Positions 1 to 11,612 of a stretch of 64,000 bases of DNA are shown one piece after another. The stretch spans positions 7,485,506-7,549,505 of the forward strand of contig CAJINV010000001.1 of assembly GCA_905178155.1 (NCBI GenBank), written 5' to 3'. The position numbers were made by a program, and so were the translations under genes. Numbering within the stretch: the first letter of the stretch is position 1; the number at the start of each line of letters is the position of its first letter. Below the pieces are notes generated by a model that searched no databases, was not told the DNA's origin, and saw only the letters and a program-made list of their open reading frames with translations. The DNA comes from Amoebophrya sp. A120 (taxonomy: Eukaryota > Protista > Dinoflagellata).

Positions 1-1366
1 AAGCCCCTTCCTCCCCCCTCCCTATCCCCTCCCCGCCCCCTCCCTACCCCCTCCCTACCGCCTCCTTGCCCCCTTTGTAACCTTTCCGCGCCCCCCTGCT
101 ACTCCCTCCGCACCTTCTTCCGGCCCCTGGACTTCCGATAATTCCGAAAGCCCCCCTTCCGCCCCTTTTGGAAATCAATTGAAAAGCGGAGCCTTGGAAC
201 GCGGGGCCCGCCCGTCCTCCTTGCTTTGTTTTGCCGACGGGGACCGAAAATACTTCCGCCCGCCGGAGTAGGCTACGCGACCGAAACTTCTGCACTGGCG
301 CGGGGAGCAATCGCGCCTAGCGACCGCCTGAGGGCGCGGGGCAGAGATCGCGGGCTTGGGGGTACTGGTTCTGCGCCTTCGCGGGCAATCAAGGCGGCAG
401 GCTCAGGGACCTTTTCCATGTAGTGAGAGCCGATCTAACCGCGCATGGCTCCGAGTGGCTGCATCCGGCCCAGTTTTTGACGATCCTACAACCCTGCCCG
501 AGCAGTCCTGTCCGACCCTTCGAGCCAGGTCCCCCCTCGCCGGACGACTTGCGGGCAGACGACTTGCGGGAAGGGCGCGCCGGAAATCCCGCCGGGGCCT
601 TTTTGTTTGGAAAGGAAAAAAGCCTCAAGCTGCGGCCCTGCTTCGAAATTGCTGCAAAGCCATCGCCCAGGGCGCGGGGGCTCTCCGATGGTTTCCAAGT
701 GCGCTCGAAACTCTCCTCCCCTGCAATCGGAAAGGAGGGGCCCTAGAACAGCGTGGGCATCCGGGTTTTTTTCGGATAATTCGAAAGCGCTGCGGATTTC
801 TTTTTCGGTTGCCAGTTCGGTTCAGAATTCCGGTTCGAGTACCGTGCGCGCGCATGCAGAACACGTGAGCGCGGGAAAGGGTGAGCGTAGAGTATGGCGC
901 ACTCCCTCCCGGTTCTGCACCCGAGCGGTCCGCGTTGCCGAATGCGATCCACAGCGAGAAGAAAGTTTTTTGCGATGTAGTAAAGTACCTGCAAGAAGCG
1001 AGCGATAAACCAAATCTAAGCACTCAATCATCCACTTTGCGAAAAAACGCAAAATCGGTCACACAAAGTATGTCTTCTTCCCTTGCTGCGGTGTTCAGTT
1101 CCCGAATGTGCACATCCCATTTCACTTCACCCCCCAAGATGCACTCCCTGCGCACCACTACTTTCCCCGAGGTCAGCATATTTATTGATTCTCCTTGTCC
1201 ACGATCACGATGTGCCTGGTGCTTCGAAAATTTGTAGTCCATAATTCTTTTCAACTCTGCAAGCCTTTCTCGGCGGTTGTTTCACTAAAATTAAGATGAG
1301 CCTTGGCTTTCGCCTTGTGCCTCCGTAAGACAGCAGCGCGGCGTTGATAGAACAGGACGAGAGCAA

Positions 1367-3899
1367 ATGGTCGCAGTCTCTCCGGCGAAGGCGCAGAAAG
1401 GCGTTTCCAAGCATCTCTTTGCATCTTTCAGGACGGGCTCCGCGATTCCCCTGCCCAACCGCGAGAAATTGTTTCTGCTTTGCTACTGGATCGCAATTGA
1501 CGCGTTGGTCTATCATGTGGTCAGAACGACGCCCGAGTACCTGGAGTTTGTCGAAGACGTCTACATTTCTCTGCAGCAGGATCTACTGTTATCAACGAAA
1601 AAAAAAATGCGCCCCGTGGAGGACCGGCGTCCAAGCTCATTTCATTTGACAACAAGAAGGACTGTCGGCGCGAGCGCGTGGATCTCACTTTGCATAAACC
1701 TGCATCGCACCTCTATGCGACATCAAGTTCACAACGCTACGTGAACCTCGCAAAAGGATCGATCTTCGTGCAGGAGCGAGCCACACTCACTGTGTAGGTG
1801 GAAATTAAAGAAGACGCTCGCCCGGTTCCACGTTGCTTAGCCCGAGCTTGGGGTTCGTTACCGAGCCGACGCCCGCACGGATGCATTGATTTAGTTGTTC
1901 CTTGGATACGCACAGCCCGTGGTGCACCAGTTTGCGCTGTACAGCCTTCTGCCGCTGCTTTCCAGCGCGTGCTGCGCCTTCCAGCTGCTCCTGAATGCGT
2001 TCAGCATCGGGTGTGCGGGCTTCAACACTGTGCTGGGACCGGTCCGGCCCTTCTTTCTCGCGATCACGATTTTGAGCCAGGTCCTCATGTGGTATTCCAT
2101 CGAAAAATGGAGCATTCAGCGGGACCAAGCCATCTTAGCCACTGTCCTCGCCGTCGTCCTCTCCCTACTGCCGGAAGCGCTGGAGGCTCGCCTGGAGTGG
2201 AAAAGCGGGAGAGTCAAGCGCTTTTTGGGGCCCCTAGCCCAAGAAAAGAGCGACGACTCAGTAAAGAGCAGTGCCGAGAAGCTCGTGGTTGGTGCGTCAC
2301 CTGCACTTGACCCAAATCGAGCCGATCGCGCTCCCTTACCAGTCGGCGGCGGACGAGTGCTGGTCCTGCAAACCGAGGGCATGGGCTGCGTCGCGTGCGT
2401 TACCGCCGTCCAGGGAGTGCTGGAGAAGAGCTTCCAGTTGCCCTCCGTCGTCGACCTGGAGAAGGGCCGCGTCACCGTTCCCCTGCCGCGCCGCAAGGTG
2501 GACGGTCCGACGAGAGCGCCCGGCGAAACGTCGGACTCGCGCCCCGCGGACATCGCCACGGCTGTGACCGATGCGGGGTTTCCCTCCTCCGTTCTCGCGG
2601 TGAATGACGTGGTCGCGGACGACTCTACTCAAAGTCCATCCCGCGAAGACAACGAAGTACTAGCACCCAGCCCTTCTTTCGAGCAGGGCATTCTCATCCC
2701 CGCAATTAACGGTCTACTGTCGTCCAGCTGTTGTCTGGTGCAGCTGCTGCTCAACCTCCTATCCGCATACGACATTCTGCACGCGGGGTGCGCGGGCCTG
2801 AACACGAGCCTCGGTCCGCTCCGCAACCAGATCCGCGCCGTGGTACTGGGCTTTCTGAGCTACCAGTGGTTTGCCTACTTTTCGTCCGCGACAAAAGGAA
2901 ACGCCTTTATGTCCCCAAGTGGCAGCGCTGTTGCGACGTCCTCGTGCTGCGACCCCGGAAGTGCAGCGCCGCTCGCTGGGGATAAGGACGCTGACGTCGA
3001 AGTGCGCGCACAGAGCATGCGTAGACGCAGGCGCAACGCGCAGCTTCGATCTAGCGCCCTCACCCTCTTTCTGATGTTCCTCCCAGAGCTGTTGCGGTAT
3101 GCGCATCAGTGCGCGCGCTGGATCCCGGCCGTTGCGCCCGAAGTCCGACCCGACCCGGCGGACGTTCAGAAACTCTCCTACGTCATCGACAACATGGGGT
3201 GTGAAGCGTGTGAATCCGGGGTGCGACAGCTATCAGCCACGAACCTGCACCACCCTGCGCACGTCGTGTTTTGCATGCAGGAGAAGTGAATCTACTAACT
3301 CCGTAATAAAGTGATCATTCCTAGATCAAAAGCACCCAGGAACTTTTAATGCCGCGAATACCAGAAGGCATGTGTCGAACGAGTACAACTTTCGAAGTGA
3401 GTCGTTTTTATGCAAAGATGCGACTTGTTTGTACAAGTAGCATGCTCGACAGTAGGACACTGTGAGTCAAGTCGCCGCTCATGATTTTCGGTGACAAGCA
3501 GGTATGAGGGCGGTGCAGTTTCCCACATGATATCTGGTTTTGTTGAACCACAGCGGTGTATTGGACGTGGAAAGCCTGGATTTCGAAACCGGTCGTGCGA
3601 TTGTAACCGTCAACGCAAACTGGGTCGGCATAGATCAACCCGCGGGAACCCCTGCCGACCGGGAAGGCACAGACGACGAAGGTGGAATTGCTCTAGAACG
3701 TGAACCCGACAGCACCGCTATCCCATCTTCTGCAGCGCGCACCGAGCCGCCACTGTCCCCGTGGGAAACTGAACTCGACTCGGCGCTTCGGAAGAAGGGC
3801 TACGAGCTACATCATCCTGGATGGGTCACAAAAAAGATGAAGCTGAATCTGAAAAATGAAAAGACAAAAAATGGACAGGCAGCAAACCCTTTCCGGTAG
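1367..3899 (+). CDS. Membrane heavy-metal transporter-like protein: two tandem [MerT-like TM module + HMA domain] units; 3 exons (~1367-1589, ~1899-3229, 3537-3899)
   Basis: Two copies of LLSSxCCxxQLLLN...GCAGxNTxLGPxR in hydrophobic context, and two HMA motifs (EGMGCVACVTAVQGVL; DNMGCEACESGVRQ|VLLNHSGVLDV). Joining 3229 to 3537 gives textbook HMA spacing CxxCxxxVxxxLxxxxGV. The first exon and first intron boundaries are less certain. Confidence 0.75.
1590..1893 (+). mobile_element. Degenerate introner-like element (probable non-canonical intron)
   Basis: Starts TATCAACG and ends CATTGATTTA. Flanks ACTGT (1585-89) and GTTGT (1894-98). Removing 309 nt joins the 1367 and 1895 ORFs in frame (QQDLL|FLGYAQP). 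A GA-AG alternative (1580-1894) cannot be excluded. Confidence 0.45.
3231..3532 (+). mobile_element. Introner-like element forming non-canonical intron 3230-3536
   Basis: Imperfect inverted repeat: CAGCTATCAGCCACGAACCTGCACCACCCT vs reverse complement of the right end CAGATATCATGTGGGAAACTGCACCGCCCT (22/30, including 4 flanking nt). TATCA...TGATA termini. Element (302) + 5 nt = 307, the length needed to restore the HMA domain. Confidence 0.75.
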
Positions 3900-5062
3900 A
3901 AGTTGCGTGCGGCGCAAAACGAGCGCCTTGCTCGATGTATACCTGCACTCAACAAAGTTGCGGTTCTGTTTGTTTCCCGGTAGTTGTGACTACTACTCTC
4001 GACTTGTAGACGCCTTTTCTGCTCGATGGAGATGTAATCAACACACCGTCTGGCATTTTTTGGGAAGGAACACGAACGAGTTTCAGAATCTCAAGAGGAC
4101 ACTCAAATGTGAAGGCCTTGCGGAAGCAGAAAAAATGCTCATATTCCTAGACAAATTTGTATTCCACTATCAGTGTGCAGAAAATCTTCCGACGCGTTAA
4201 TGTGCCACTTTTCAAAAGAGAGTACCCAGTACCGTTCTTTCCCCCAAGTACCGCCTGCGGGGTGTAGCACCACGTGCAGATTCAAAGCTAAACTAACTCT
4301 GCACTCGATGATGCCTGAGGGGTGTGATGTTCTGCGAAGGCATGATCTTGAATGAGAACATTCTACGTACGCGAAAATACATATTCATGTTCCATCTGCA
4401 CTAAATTAACTCCCGAAAGCCAGCATCCGTGCACGCAGCTTCGAAGTTTCGGCAAACGAACATGCAACGCAGCTTGATACATGGCTCTTTGATCATAAAC
4501 TTCAGATCTCGAATCAGGTTCACAAATTGAATAAAATGCAAACGTTTGTACAAATTTGATGTAGTTCACCATCTCGTAAGAGATTTCGAAGAAAGATCGT
4601 TGACCACGATCCACAACTGATGATCTTCGCTCGTACGCTTTGCGTTTGCTGCACACTACTGTACTTCGGGAAACCGACTGGATTTACGTTTGGCACAGGC
4701 GACATGTCAGGGGTAGTTTTGAACAATTGATGCTTCACTATCTGGAAGATGCATCTAAAAAACGTGTGACTTCTTCGGTAAATCATTTTTTTAACTATGG
4801 AGCCTACCCAGCTCTTTTTTCGCAACATTTTTCCAATTATTCAAATTTGATAATGGCAACCGGAATTTCAATTTTTATTTCGAATCTTACACTACAACTG
4901 CACGGCTGCTATGAGGGACCTGGAGAATGAACATCAAAATGGCACTACAAAGAGCCGAGTCGCACCAATGACGTTTGGGGCGAGTAGACGGATTTCATCT
5001 GTCCATACTTTTCCGTTTATCAAGACTGCCAGCGTTACTTCTTCACGCTTAGGCTCGATATT

Positions 5063-8000
5063 ATGAGGGCGCTTTTGCTCCATAGCCTCTGCGCTTGTTT
5101 TTGGATCCGGAATGTGACGTTAGCTCCCTCGCCAAACTACCACGGCGAAGGGGCACCACCTCCGGAACTTGTGGACACGAAAAACGAGAACGATGCCTCG
5201 CTTTTTCGGGGTCAGGTCGGCCGTCCGCTCCCCCGCGTGAAGCCACCACCTCCGGCGCTAAGTGCCGGGACGCGGGTGGAAGCCATAGTTCCAGGTCCTC
5301 GCGCGGCTTCGTTCGCCGGGAGCTCGTCTTCCTTGGATGCTGGGGAAATTGCCAGGGCGGCGGGCAGCTGCACCGCAGCCGCTAGACCAGTTTCCGGAAT
5401 GGAGGTCATGACTACATCCTGCGCATACAAACAGTGTTCTGGCAACAAATCGAGCAAACGACGACCGACATCACGGCCCGAAAAGGTGCGGCAGCAGAAG
5501 AGGAAGCTCGGCATGGGCCAGGGGAGAGGAGCACCTGCGGGAGGCGCAGGGAAGTGGACCGGATCGGGCACACCAGTGAGCGGACGCAGCGCACCGACAA
5601 CGGGGAAGGGCGCTGGCGGCAGAAGTAAAGAAAGGGTAGAAGAAGGAACTGGGACTATGGTAGCTTGCCGCTTACGACCGAAACCAGAAGATGAAGGTTC
5701 TGGAGCTTCTCGTGCAACTTCATCAATTCAGATTCAGCCACGAAACGAAGCGCCGCTGACTGAGACGCGACTTGGTGTTGAAGCAGGTGAAAAATTCGGG
5801 GGGCAGGGTAGGAGCGGTGCACGGGGGGTGAAAAGTGTAGCAGGACGCGACGAGGGAACTGCCATAGCAGACACATTTCAGCGGAGCCAGGTATCCTCGC
5901 AAGCGTCCGCCTCGTCAAGCGGCAGTACCGCGGGGCAATCTGGATCTGCTTTGGGTGCTTCAGAGTCGGGGAGTCTATCCGACGGAAAAAGATTCGACAT
6001 CAACCTTGGAACGGCACGGGTCCCGGAGCTACACGAGTGCGCCGCTCCGGAGGCCGAGCGGGAGCCCAGCGGAAGCGCCCTTGCGCGGACCGGGCGCCCG
6101 AGTGAGACCTCGTGTTTCCCCGATCACAGTAAACTTGCAATTAAATCCGCAGAGCTACTACGTCCCAAGCTGTCCGAGGAGTACTTCCCTTTGCGTCCGA
6201 CGTCTGTCTGGGTTGAGCAGGAGATCCCCCATCCCGCGGGCGTGTGCTCGTGCTTCGTCCCGAAGTCTCAGACGCGGAGCGAACCAAGTGAACCACAAGC
6301 GACTTCTGTCGGTTGCATTGGCGGTGTAAATGCCGTTCGAGTCATCCCCGTGCGGCCCGGAGATGCCGATATTCTCCAAGCAGTTCATTGGTATCAAGAC
6401 TTTATCCCAGCCACCGGTGCTGCGAGCCCGGGAGCACCAGAACCGCTGGCCGCAAATAGGTCCGAGAGCGGACCATCTTCACCACAGGCTGGTACTGGCG
6501 GACACCGAACAGGTAATCAGTCTGCGCTTCCCGCTCTATCGGCAGAAGACGTCCGGGCGGGCGAGCCCGATGATGGGGGCGAGCAGACGCCGCGATCACA
6601 CCAAACTGCAGTTGGTGATGGACGAAGCACTTTCAGACAAGCGGGAGCAGCACAGCCGGAGCGCGCGACCGTCTGTGCACCTCGTACTGGTCGGATTTCT
6701 ATGACTGACGCAGAGCAGTGGCTCTCGCAGAGGGCAGATGAACAAGCGGAGTGCTCTCACGCTGCACCCTGTCTAGTCGTGACACGGGACGAGACCACTG
6801 ACCATCCTGTGGAGCAGGCTGGCCAGTCAACGACCGACGAGCCGGGACTCAATTGCGCAAGTTCATCGACACGGAGGGATGGAGGAGGCTTCCCACATCG
6901 AATTGACTTGGGCGTCACCGCGCCCTCTCTCGACCGAGTAGAAAGAGCAAATACAGTGGCCGCGGCGCAAAGTCATTCAGACTTACCAGCATCCGCTAGT
7001 ACTTCACCACCTAGTAATGTCAGTGCTCCACCGGCGCCAGCAGCGAAAGTCGCGGCAACTACAATCCGGGAAAGTTCGGGCGCGGCAATTTCATCATCAT
7101 CCACACATGCTGTTTCTAACCCGGATCTGCAAGCGGCGTTGAATGCTGCTTCTTTAGAACGCAGCGGTTTGGGAAGAAGTGATCCGCAGGGAGCCGCGGG
7201 TATGATTCATCTAGGGATTTCACCAGCTGCTCTTGTATCTCCAACTATCGCACCTACTTCTCCAAGCGTGCAACCGAGTAGCCAGGTTTCCTCTGTGGTT
7301 CCGCCTTCGCAGACGCAGCCGCTTCCCGCTGTTGCGGTTCCCAACTCTGTTCGCACACCACATTCCAAACCCGGACCGTCGCCTCTGCCGGCAAAAAATC
7401 GCTCAGGAGCTGCGCCGGCAACAGGATTGCTTTCAGATTCCCATTCCCCCGACGGTATGGGTGTACTCGTCCCTGCTTCTTCCTTTTTACCACGGAACTA
7501 CGTACTGGCGAAACTCCGGGAGAACGGCCTGCGACTGCAGTACCTGAAAGCGGAGGAGTGGCAGAGCGACTGCGGCCTGGTAACCGAAGCCGTCAGTGAG
7601 AACGGTGCCGCCCTCGCGTTTGCAGAGGACGACGCGTGCCGGAGCATGAAGAGCATCTGCCTCTCCGCCGTGTCGGGCTGCGGGCGGAGTCTGCAGTTCT
7701 GCGGCCCGGGGTTGCGCGGCGACGCGATGATCGTCGAGCTGGCCATCCGAAACGGACACAAACTCTGTGTGCGGGGACCCGCGGCGAGACAGGGTTTCAC
7801 GGCGGAAGGAGGCGAAAACAAAGATAATCAGCAGCAGCACCGGCAAAGCAGTCCTGGTGTTCTCCTTCGGGCTGCGGCACAAGGAGCTCTGCGGCAACGG
7901 CAAACGAAGTTTTTGGTCCTCTCTGAGGGAAGCCAAGCACAAAAAGTAGGACCAAGTTCGGACGCAGTTCTATCCACTGCTCCCATCACAGCCACGACAG

Positions 8001-9589
8001 TACGCCTGTTGCAACAAATGAAGCCACGGCAAGTAGAACACGTGTTGCAACTGCAACAGCAGCCACAGCAAGAACCACAGCTAGAAGATTTGTTGCAGAC
8101 CGAAAATCCGCCCCTGCCAAGGGAGCTGACAGACGAATCGCTATGGCGCGTGTCGCCGCTGAAGTTTGCTTCAGCGGAGCTGCAAGGTGAGAAAACGGTT
8201 TGCATCGATGCGGTCCGGATACAGGGGAATGCACTGGAATTTTGCGCCCCGGGGCTGCAGAATGACAGCGAGGTGGTGCGGCATGCACTAGCTCAGGACC
8301 GTGAGGGCGCACTGCCATTTGTGTCCGCGGAGCTACAAGCGAGGTGGCGTTTAGACGAAGAGTTTTTTCACAAGTGGTTCTGGGTGGCTGTCAGCGGCTC
8401 GCTCCTTCTTCTTGCCCTTGGTTGCTTCGTATTCTGGCAGCTCGTGGTGGTGCGCCGCAAATATCATGCCATTTTGGTTTCCCGAAGAGCGATGCAGCAG
8501 CGTTCGCAAAGAGAAAAACGCAAGAAGCAGAAACGAATAGAAACAACTCTCGTATCTTCACGAGAGTTTCTAACTTCTGTTACGGATGCAAGTTGTCGTC
8601 GTCGAGATGCAGCATTCGCCGAGTCGGAAAAAGAAGGTCCGTCTCTCCCGCCTGCAGAACCGCCTCTACTGCAGCGGCGCTACCCAGCGGACATGGTCGT
8701 GAACGTGAAGCAGGCGCATGTGGCTACTAACGGAAAAAAGAAAAATTCGGCGCGAGGAAAACATCTTCGCCTGAGCAAAAACTTTCGGAAGGTGCGGGTG
8801 GCTGGCAAAAATAATGATTTTTACTTCAAGCCCCCTCAGCGTGGGGATCTTGCGACCCATCACGTTAACGGAGGTGGACCTCCTGTCACTGGCGCTCCGA
8901 TGGCCTTCGGATTTTTCCACGGTCACCATTTCTACGGCCTTCAGGCTTACAAGAATGCACCTCCTGCAAGAACCGGGGGCGCAGACGTCTATGGCGGAAG
9001 GCAACTTTTACCGGAAAATAAAATCTGCGTCCCTCACAAAGTCGATACGAGCTATTACCCTGCGCAAGAGGAGCAGGAGGTGGGCCAGGGCCGTCATGTT
9101 GCTGCGCCGGGGCCCGAGCCGGGTGCCTCTACCGCCGGAAGTCCAGCGCCGATCTCATCCAGTGCCGGAGTCAAGCGTGAAGTGGAGTATGACAGTCGCG
9201 GCAACGTGAAGCGAATACGAATGGTCGTCGAAGAATCCGACGTCTGCCGCACTGAAGATGTGCGTCGTTTTGGAGATGAAGCTGAAGATTTCGGCGCGAC
9301 AAGGCTAGCACAGCAAGAGGGCGACCAGGTACGGCCAACGAGGTCCTGCGCGAAGAAACTGATGGCTGCGGAAAGCGGAACCAGTCTCAGAGAAGGAAAG
9401 GAAAAGACCTTGAGCTGGCAACACAACAAGGACCATTTTTGTTCTGACGACAAAAGTTACAGTGAAAACAATTACGAATTTTCCCAGGCACAGAGCACAT
9501 CTCTTGAAACATCTGATATGCGGTTCCAGGAAGAGCTCAATGCAGAAGCCCGAAGATGTCACAGAGCGTTTGATGGTTCCGATGTTTGA
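5063..9589 (+). CDS. Large low-complexity protein with DUF4116-like repeats and one TM helix
   Basis: 1508-aa ORF. Repeats of the type ENGLRLQY..EEWQSDCGLVTEAVSENGAALAFA / GNALEFCAPGLQNDSEVVRHAL (~7500-7750, 8150-8340). Hydrophobic WFWVAVSGSLLLLALGCFVFWQLVVV followed by basic residues. Possible N-terminal signal. Confidence 0.7.
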   Translation: MRALLLHSLCACFWIRNVTLAPSPNYHGEGAPPPELVDTKNENDASLFRGQVGRPLPRVKPPPPALSAGTRVEAIVPGPRAASFAGSSSSLDAGEIARAAGSCTAAARPVSGMEVMTTSCAYKQCSGNKSSKRRPTSRPEKVRQQKRKLGMGQGRGAPAGGAGKWTGSGTPVSGRSAPTTGKGAGGRSKERVEEGTGTMVACRLRPKPEDEGSGASRATSSIQIQPRNEAPLTETRLGVEAGEKFGGQGRSGARGVKSVAGRDEGTAIADTFQRSQVSSQASASSSGSTAGQSGSALGASESGSLSDGKRFDINLGTARVPELHECAAPEAEREPSGSALARTGRPSETSCFPDHSKLAIKSAELLRPKLSEEYFPLRPTSVWVEQEIPHPAGVCSCFVPKSQTRSEPSEPQATSVGCIGGVNAVRVIPVRPGDADILQAVHWYQDFIPATGAASPGAPEPLAANRSESGPSSPQAGTGGHRTGNQSALPALSAEDVRAGEPDDGGEQTPRSHQTAVGDGRSTFRQAGAAQPERATVCAPRTGRISMTDAEQWLSQRADEQAECSHAAPCLVVTRDETTDHPVEQAGQSTTDEPGLNCASSSTRRDGGGFPHRIDLGVTAPSLDRVERANTVAAAQSHSDLPASASTSPPSNVSAPPAPAAKVAATTIRESSGAAISSSSTHAVSNPDLQAALNAASLERSGLGRSDPQGAAGMIHLGISPAALVSPTIAPTSPSVQPSSQVSSVVPPSQTQPLPAVAVPNSVRTPHSKPGPSPLPAKNRSGAAPATGLLSDSHSPDGMGVLVPASSFLPRNYVLAKLRENGLRLQYLKAEEWQSDCGLVTEAVSENGAALAFAEDDACRSMKSICLSAVSGCGRSLQFCGPGLRGDAMIVELAIRNGHKLCVRGPAARQGFTAEGGENKDNQQQHRQSSPGVLLRAAAQGALRQRQTKFLVLSEGSQAQKVGPSSDAVLSTAPITATTVRLLQQMKPRQVEHVLQLQQQPQQEPQLEDLLQTENPPLPRELTDESLWRVSPLKFASAELQGEKTVCIDAVRIQGNALEFCAPGLQNDSEVVRHALAQDREGALPFVSAELQARWRLDEEFFHKWFWVAVSGSLLLLALGCFVFWQLVVVRRKYHAILVSRRAMQQRSQREKRKKQKRIETTLVSSREFLTSVTDASCRRRDAAFAESEKEGPSLPPAEPPLLQRRYPADMVVNVKQAHVATNGKKKNSARGKHLRLSKNFRKVRVAGKNNDFYFKPPQRGDLATHHVNGGGPPVTGAPMAFGFFHGHHFYGLQAYKNAPPARTGGADVYGGRQLLPENKICVPHKVDTSYYPAQEEQEVGQGRHVAAPGPEPGASTAGSPAPISSSAGVKREVEYDSRGNVKRIRMVVEESDVCRTEDVRRFGDEAEDFGATRLAQQEGDQVRPTRSCAKKLMAAESGTSLREGKEKTLSWQHNKDHFCSDDKSYSENNYEFSQAQSTSLETSDMRFQEELNAEARRCHRAFDGSDV

Positions 9590-10742
9590 TTCGCATGCGG
9601 GGCCGTCGCATGCGAGAATTACATACTTTTTTGGCCCTTCATTCCATCGCAGAAACACTGGAGCAGGTCGCCAGTCGAAGATCGCAGCCATAGAACAAGT
9701 AGCGACATTGAATTGATGCATGTATGATTTTTTCTTATGATTGTTTCTTATTCTCTCTATCTAAGACATCGGCCTATTTTGATAACTTCGACCCCTCCTG
9801 TTGTCTTTTCGATACAAACGATTCTCACTCTCAGCGACGCGACGTTCGCAAAAAGAATGATACTCCCGGATACTGTTATAAATATATGCTGCGCAGGTAG
9901 CACAGCAGCCAGCTTTTGTTACGCAAGTTGTGTAAGTGTGCATTTGACCAGATAGGCTACATACAACTACCAACCACGAATCAGCTTGCTGTTGCTGACA
10001 GCACCTGTTGAGGCTAACCTTTAATGGCGAAAGATGTACGGCATAATGAGCAATATGTCCCTGAAAGATAGCAGAAAATATGAACAACTTCGTAGCCAGC
10101 TGCGGCTGCAAATTTCACGGCTCACAAACATTGGTCCGCTGCACGTGTGCGATTTGATCCTGCACAATGCGATAGTCGACGCAGGTCTACTTTAATTTCA
10201 TTGTGTTCTCTCTGTTACGCCGCGTTGTAAGATCCTGACCGGTACAGTGCCTTTATCGATTTGGAAAGTCGGTGTCCATTTTTGTGGTTCCTACTCGGTT
10301 GCAAGTATCAATCATGTCGTCTTTCGTGTCAATGTCAAGGCCCCTCGGACAAGAATTTGGATCTCTAGAATCGGTCTGCTAGCCTTCACAATCCCTCGGA
10401 AACCACCTTAGTTTTATAGGAGTACGTTAGGTAGTACTTACTTACATAGTCAGAACGGAATGCCAAGAAAGGGATCCGAAGGCAATAGAACTGAAAGTGA
10501 AGATGAAGAGACTCGAATGTCGTGTAGCACGATATAGAAGGACGATCCGAAGGTTCAGAGTCTCGGTGACCAGGTTTATGCCAGTTTCTGCAGAAGCGCT
10601 CGGAATACTCATCCAGAAATTGTCTGCGAAGTCTGGGACCAGGCTAAGAGTCATCGTACTTCTCCTGCTTAGCCGAGTACACCATCCTCTCAGTTTTTTA
10701 GCGATCAAAACATTTTTCAATCGAAAGCATGTAGACATCAAA

Positions 10743-11612
10743 ATGGATCCTGCCGGCGTCACGGTAAAGCAGCTGCAAGGTAAGTGGACGGACCAATCTA
10801 GCGGTGCGGAAATCGTAGTGGATGGCAATGCCTTAATTGATAGCACGGGAAAGCGTTTCCCAAAGGCTTTGGCGAAACCGGCAGGCTCCTGGGGAATTGG
10901 TTGCCGCACAGACACGCTCGACAAGATCGAAGCAACCGCAGAGCGCGTCACACTTTTTTGGAAATCAAATGATGCCGACACCGGCAGTGTGCAGCAAACC
11001 AAAAAATGGATACGTTTCCATTCCAGCCTTCCCAAGGCGTCAAACTCAAAGCGCTCGCGCTCAGAAGCTCTGCCCAATGCAAGCGTCGAAGCGCCTGATA
11101 ACGTTCCGACGGGCGGGAAGACGAAAAAGTCCAAAATCGTGCAGAAGGCTACGCCCTCTCTTGCGGAACCGAAGTTGAGCTTCACGTTTACGATCGACAT
11201 TATGAAAAACCACTTGTATAGATGCAAGGAAATCAACCAGTACAAGGCGTACGGTGTCGGCGAGTGCCGATGCGCGCAATACACCGGGGAGTACATATTG
11301 CGTCCAGAGCCGGAGAATCACTACGATGACAACGCAATCAAGCTGATTCGCGACGACACGCAGAAGCACACAGGGTATGTGCCAAAGCCTCTAAATGCCA
11401 GGGTCCTGTCCTGGATGACGCATGCAGGCTGCGAAGTCTCCGCAGCGGGCTATCGGGGTGCCAAAGCGTCTCGAACCAAATGGGATAAGTTACCCGTGGT
11501 GATTACCGTAACCGGGCCGCAGGGTTTCTTGGAGACTGAAAGGAATTCGATGGAGGCTCTTAATGTGATCGAAGACGGTAAAAAACTTGATCGCTACATG
11601 CAGCACGCTTAG
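10743..11612 (+). CDS. HIRAN domain-containing protein (stand-alone)
   Basis: C-terminal half contains ILRPEPENHYDDNAIKLI...HTGYVPKPL, the HIRAN signature (LxREPxNxYDxNAIxV...GYxP). Start taken at ATG 10743; the ORF is open from 10497. Confidence 0.75.
   Translation: MDPAGVTVKQLQGKWTDQSSGAEIVVDGNALIDSTGKRFPKALAKPAGSWGIGCRTDTLDKIEATAERVTLFWKSNDADTGSVQQTKKWIRFHSSLPKASNSKRSRSEALPNASVEAPDNVPTGGKTKKSKIVQKATPSLAEPKLSFTFTIDIMKNHLYRCKEINQYKAYGVGECRCAQYTGEYILRPEPENHYDDNAIKLIRDDTQKHTGYVPKPLNARVLSWMTHAGCEVSAAGYRGAKASRTKWDKLPVVITVTGPQGFLETERNSMEALNVIEDGKKLDRYMQHA

Noticed and set aside
822-1260. Minus-strand ORF ending ...RKVDD as a reverse-transcriptase remnant
   Set aside because: Only a VDD tripeptide followed by a stop; no other RT motifs.
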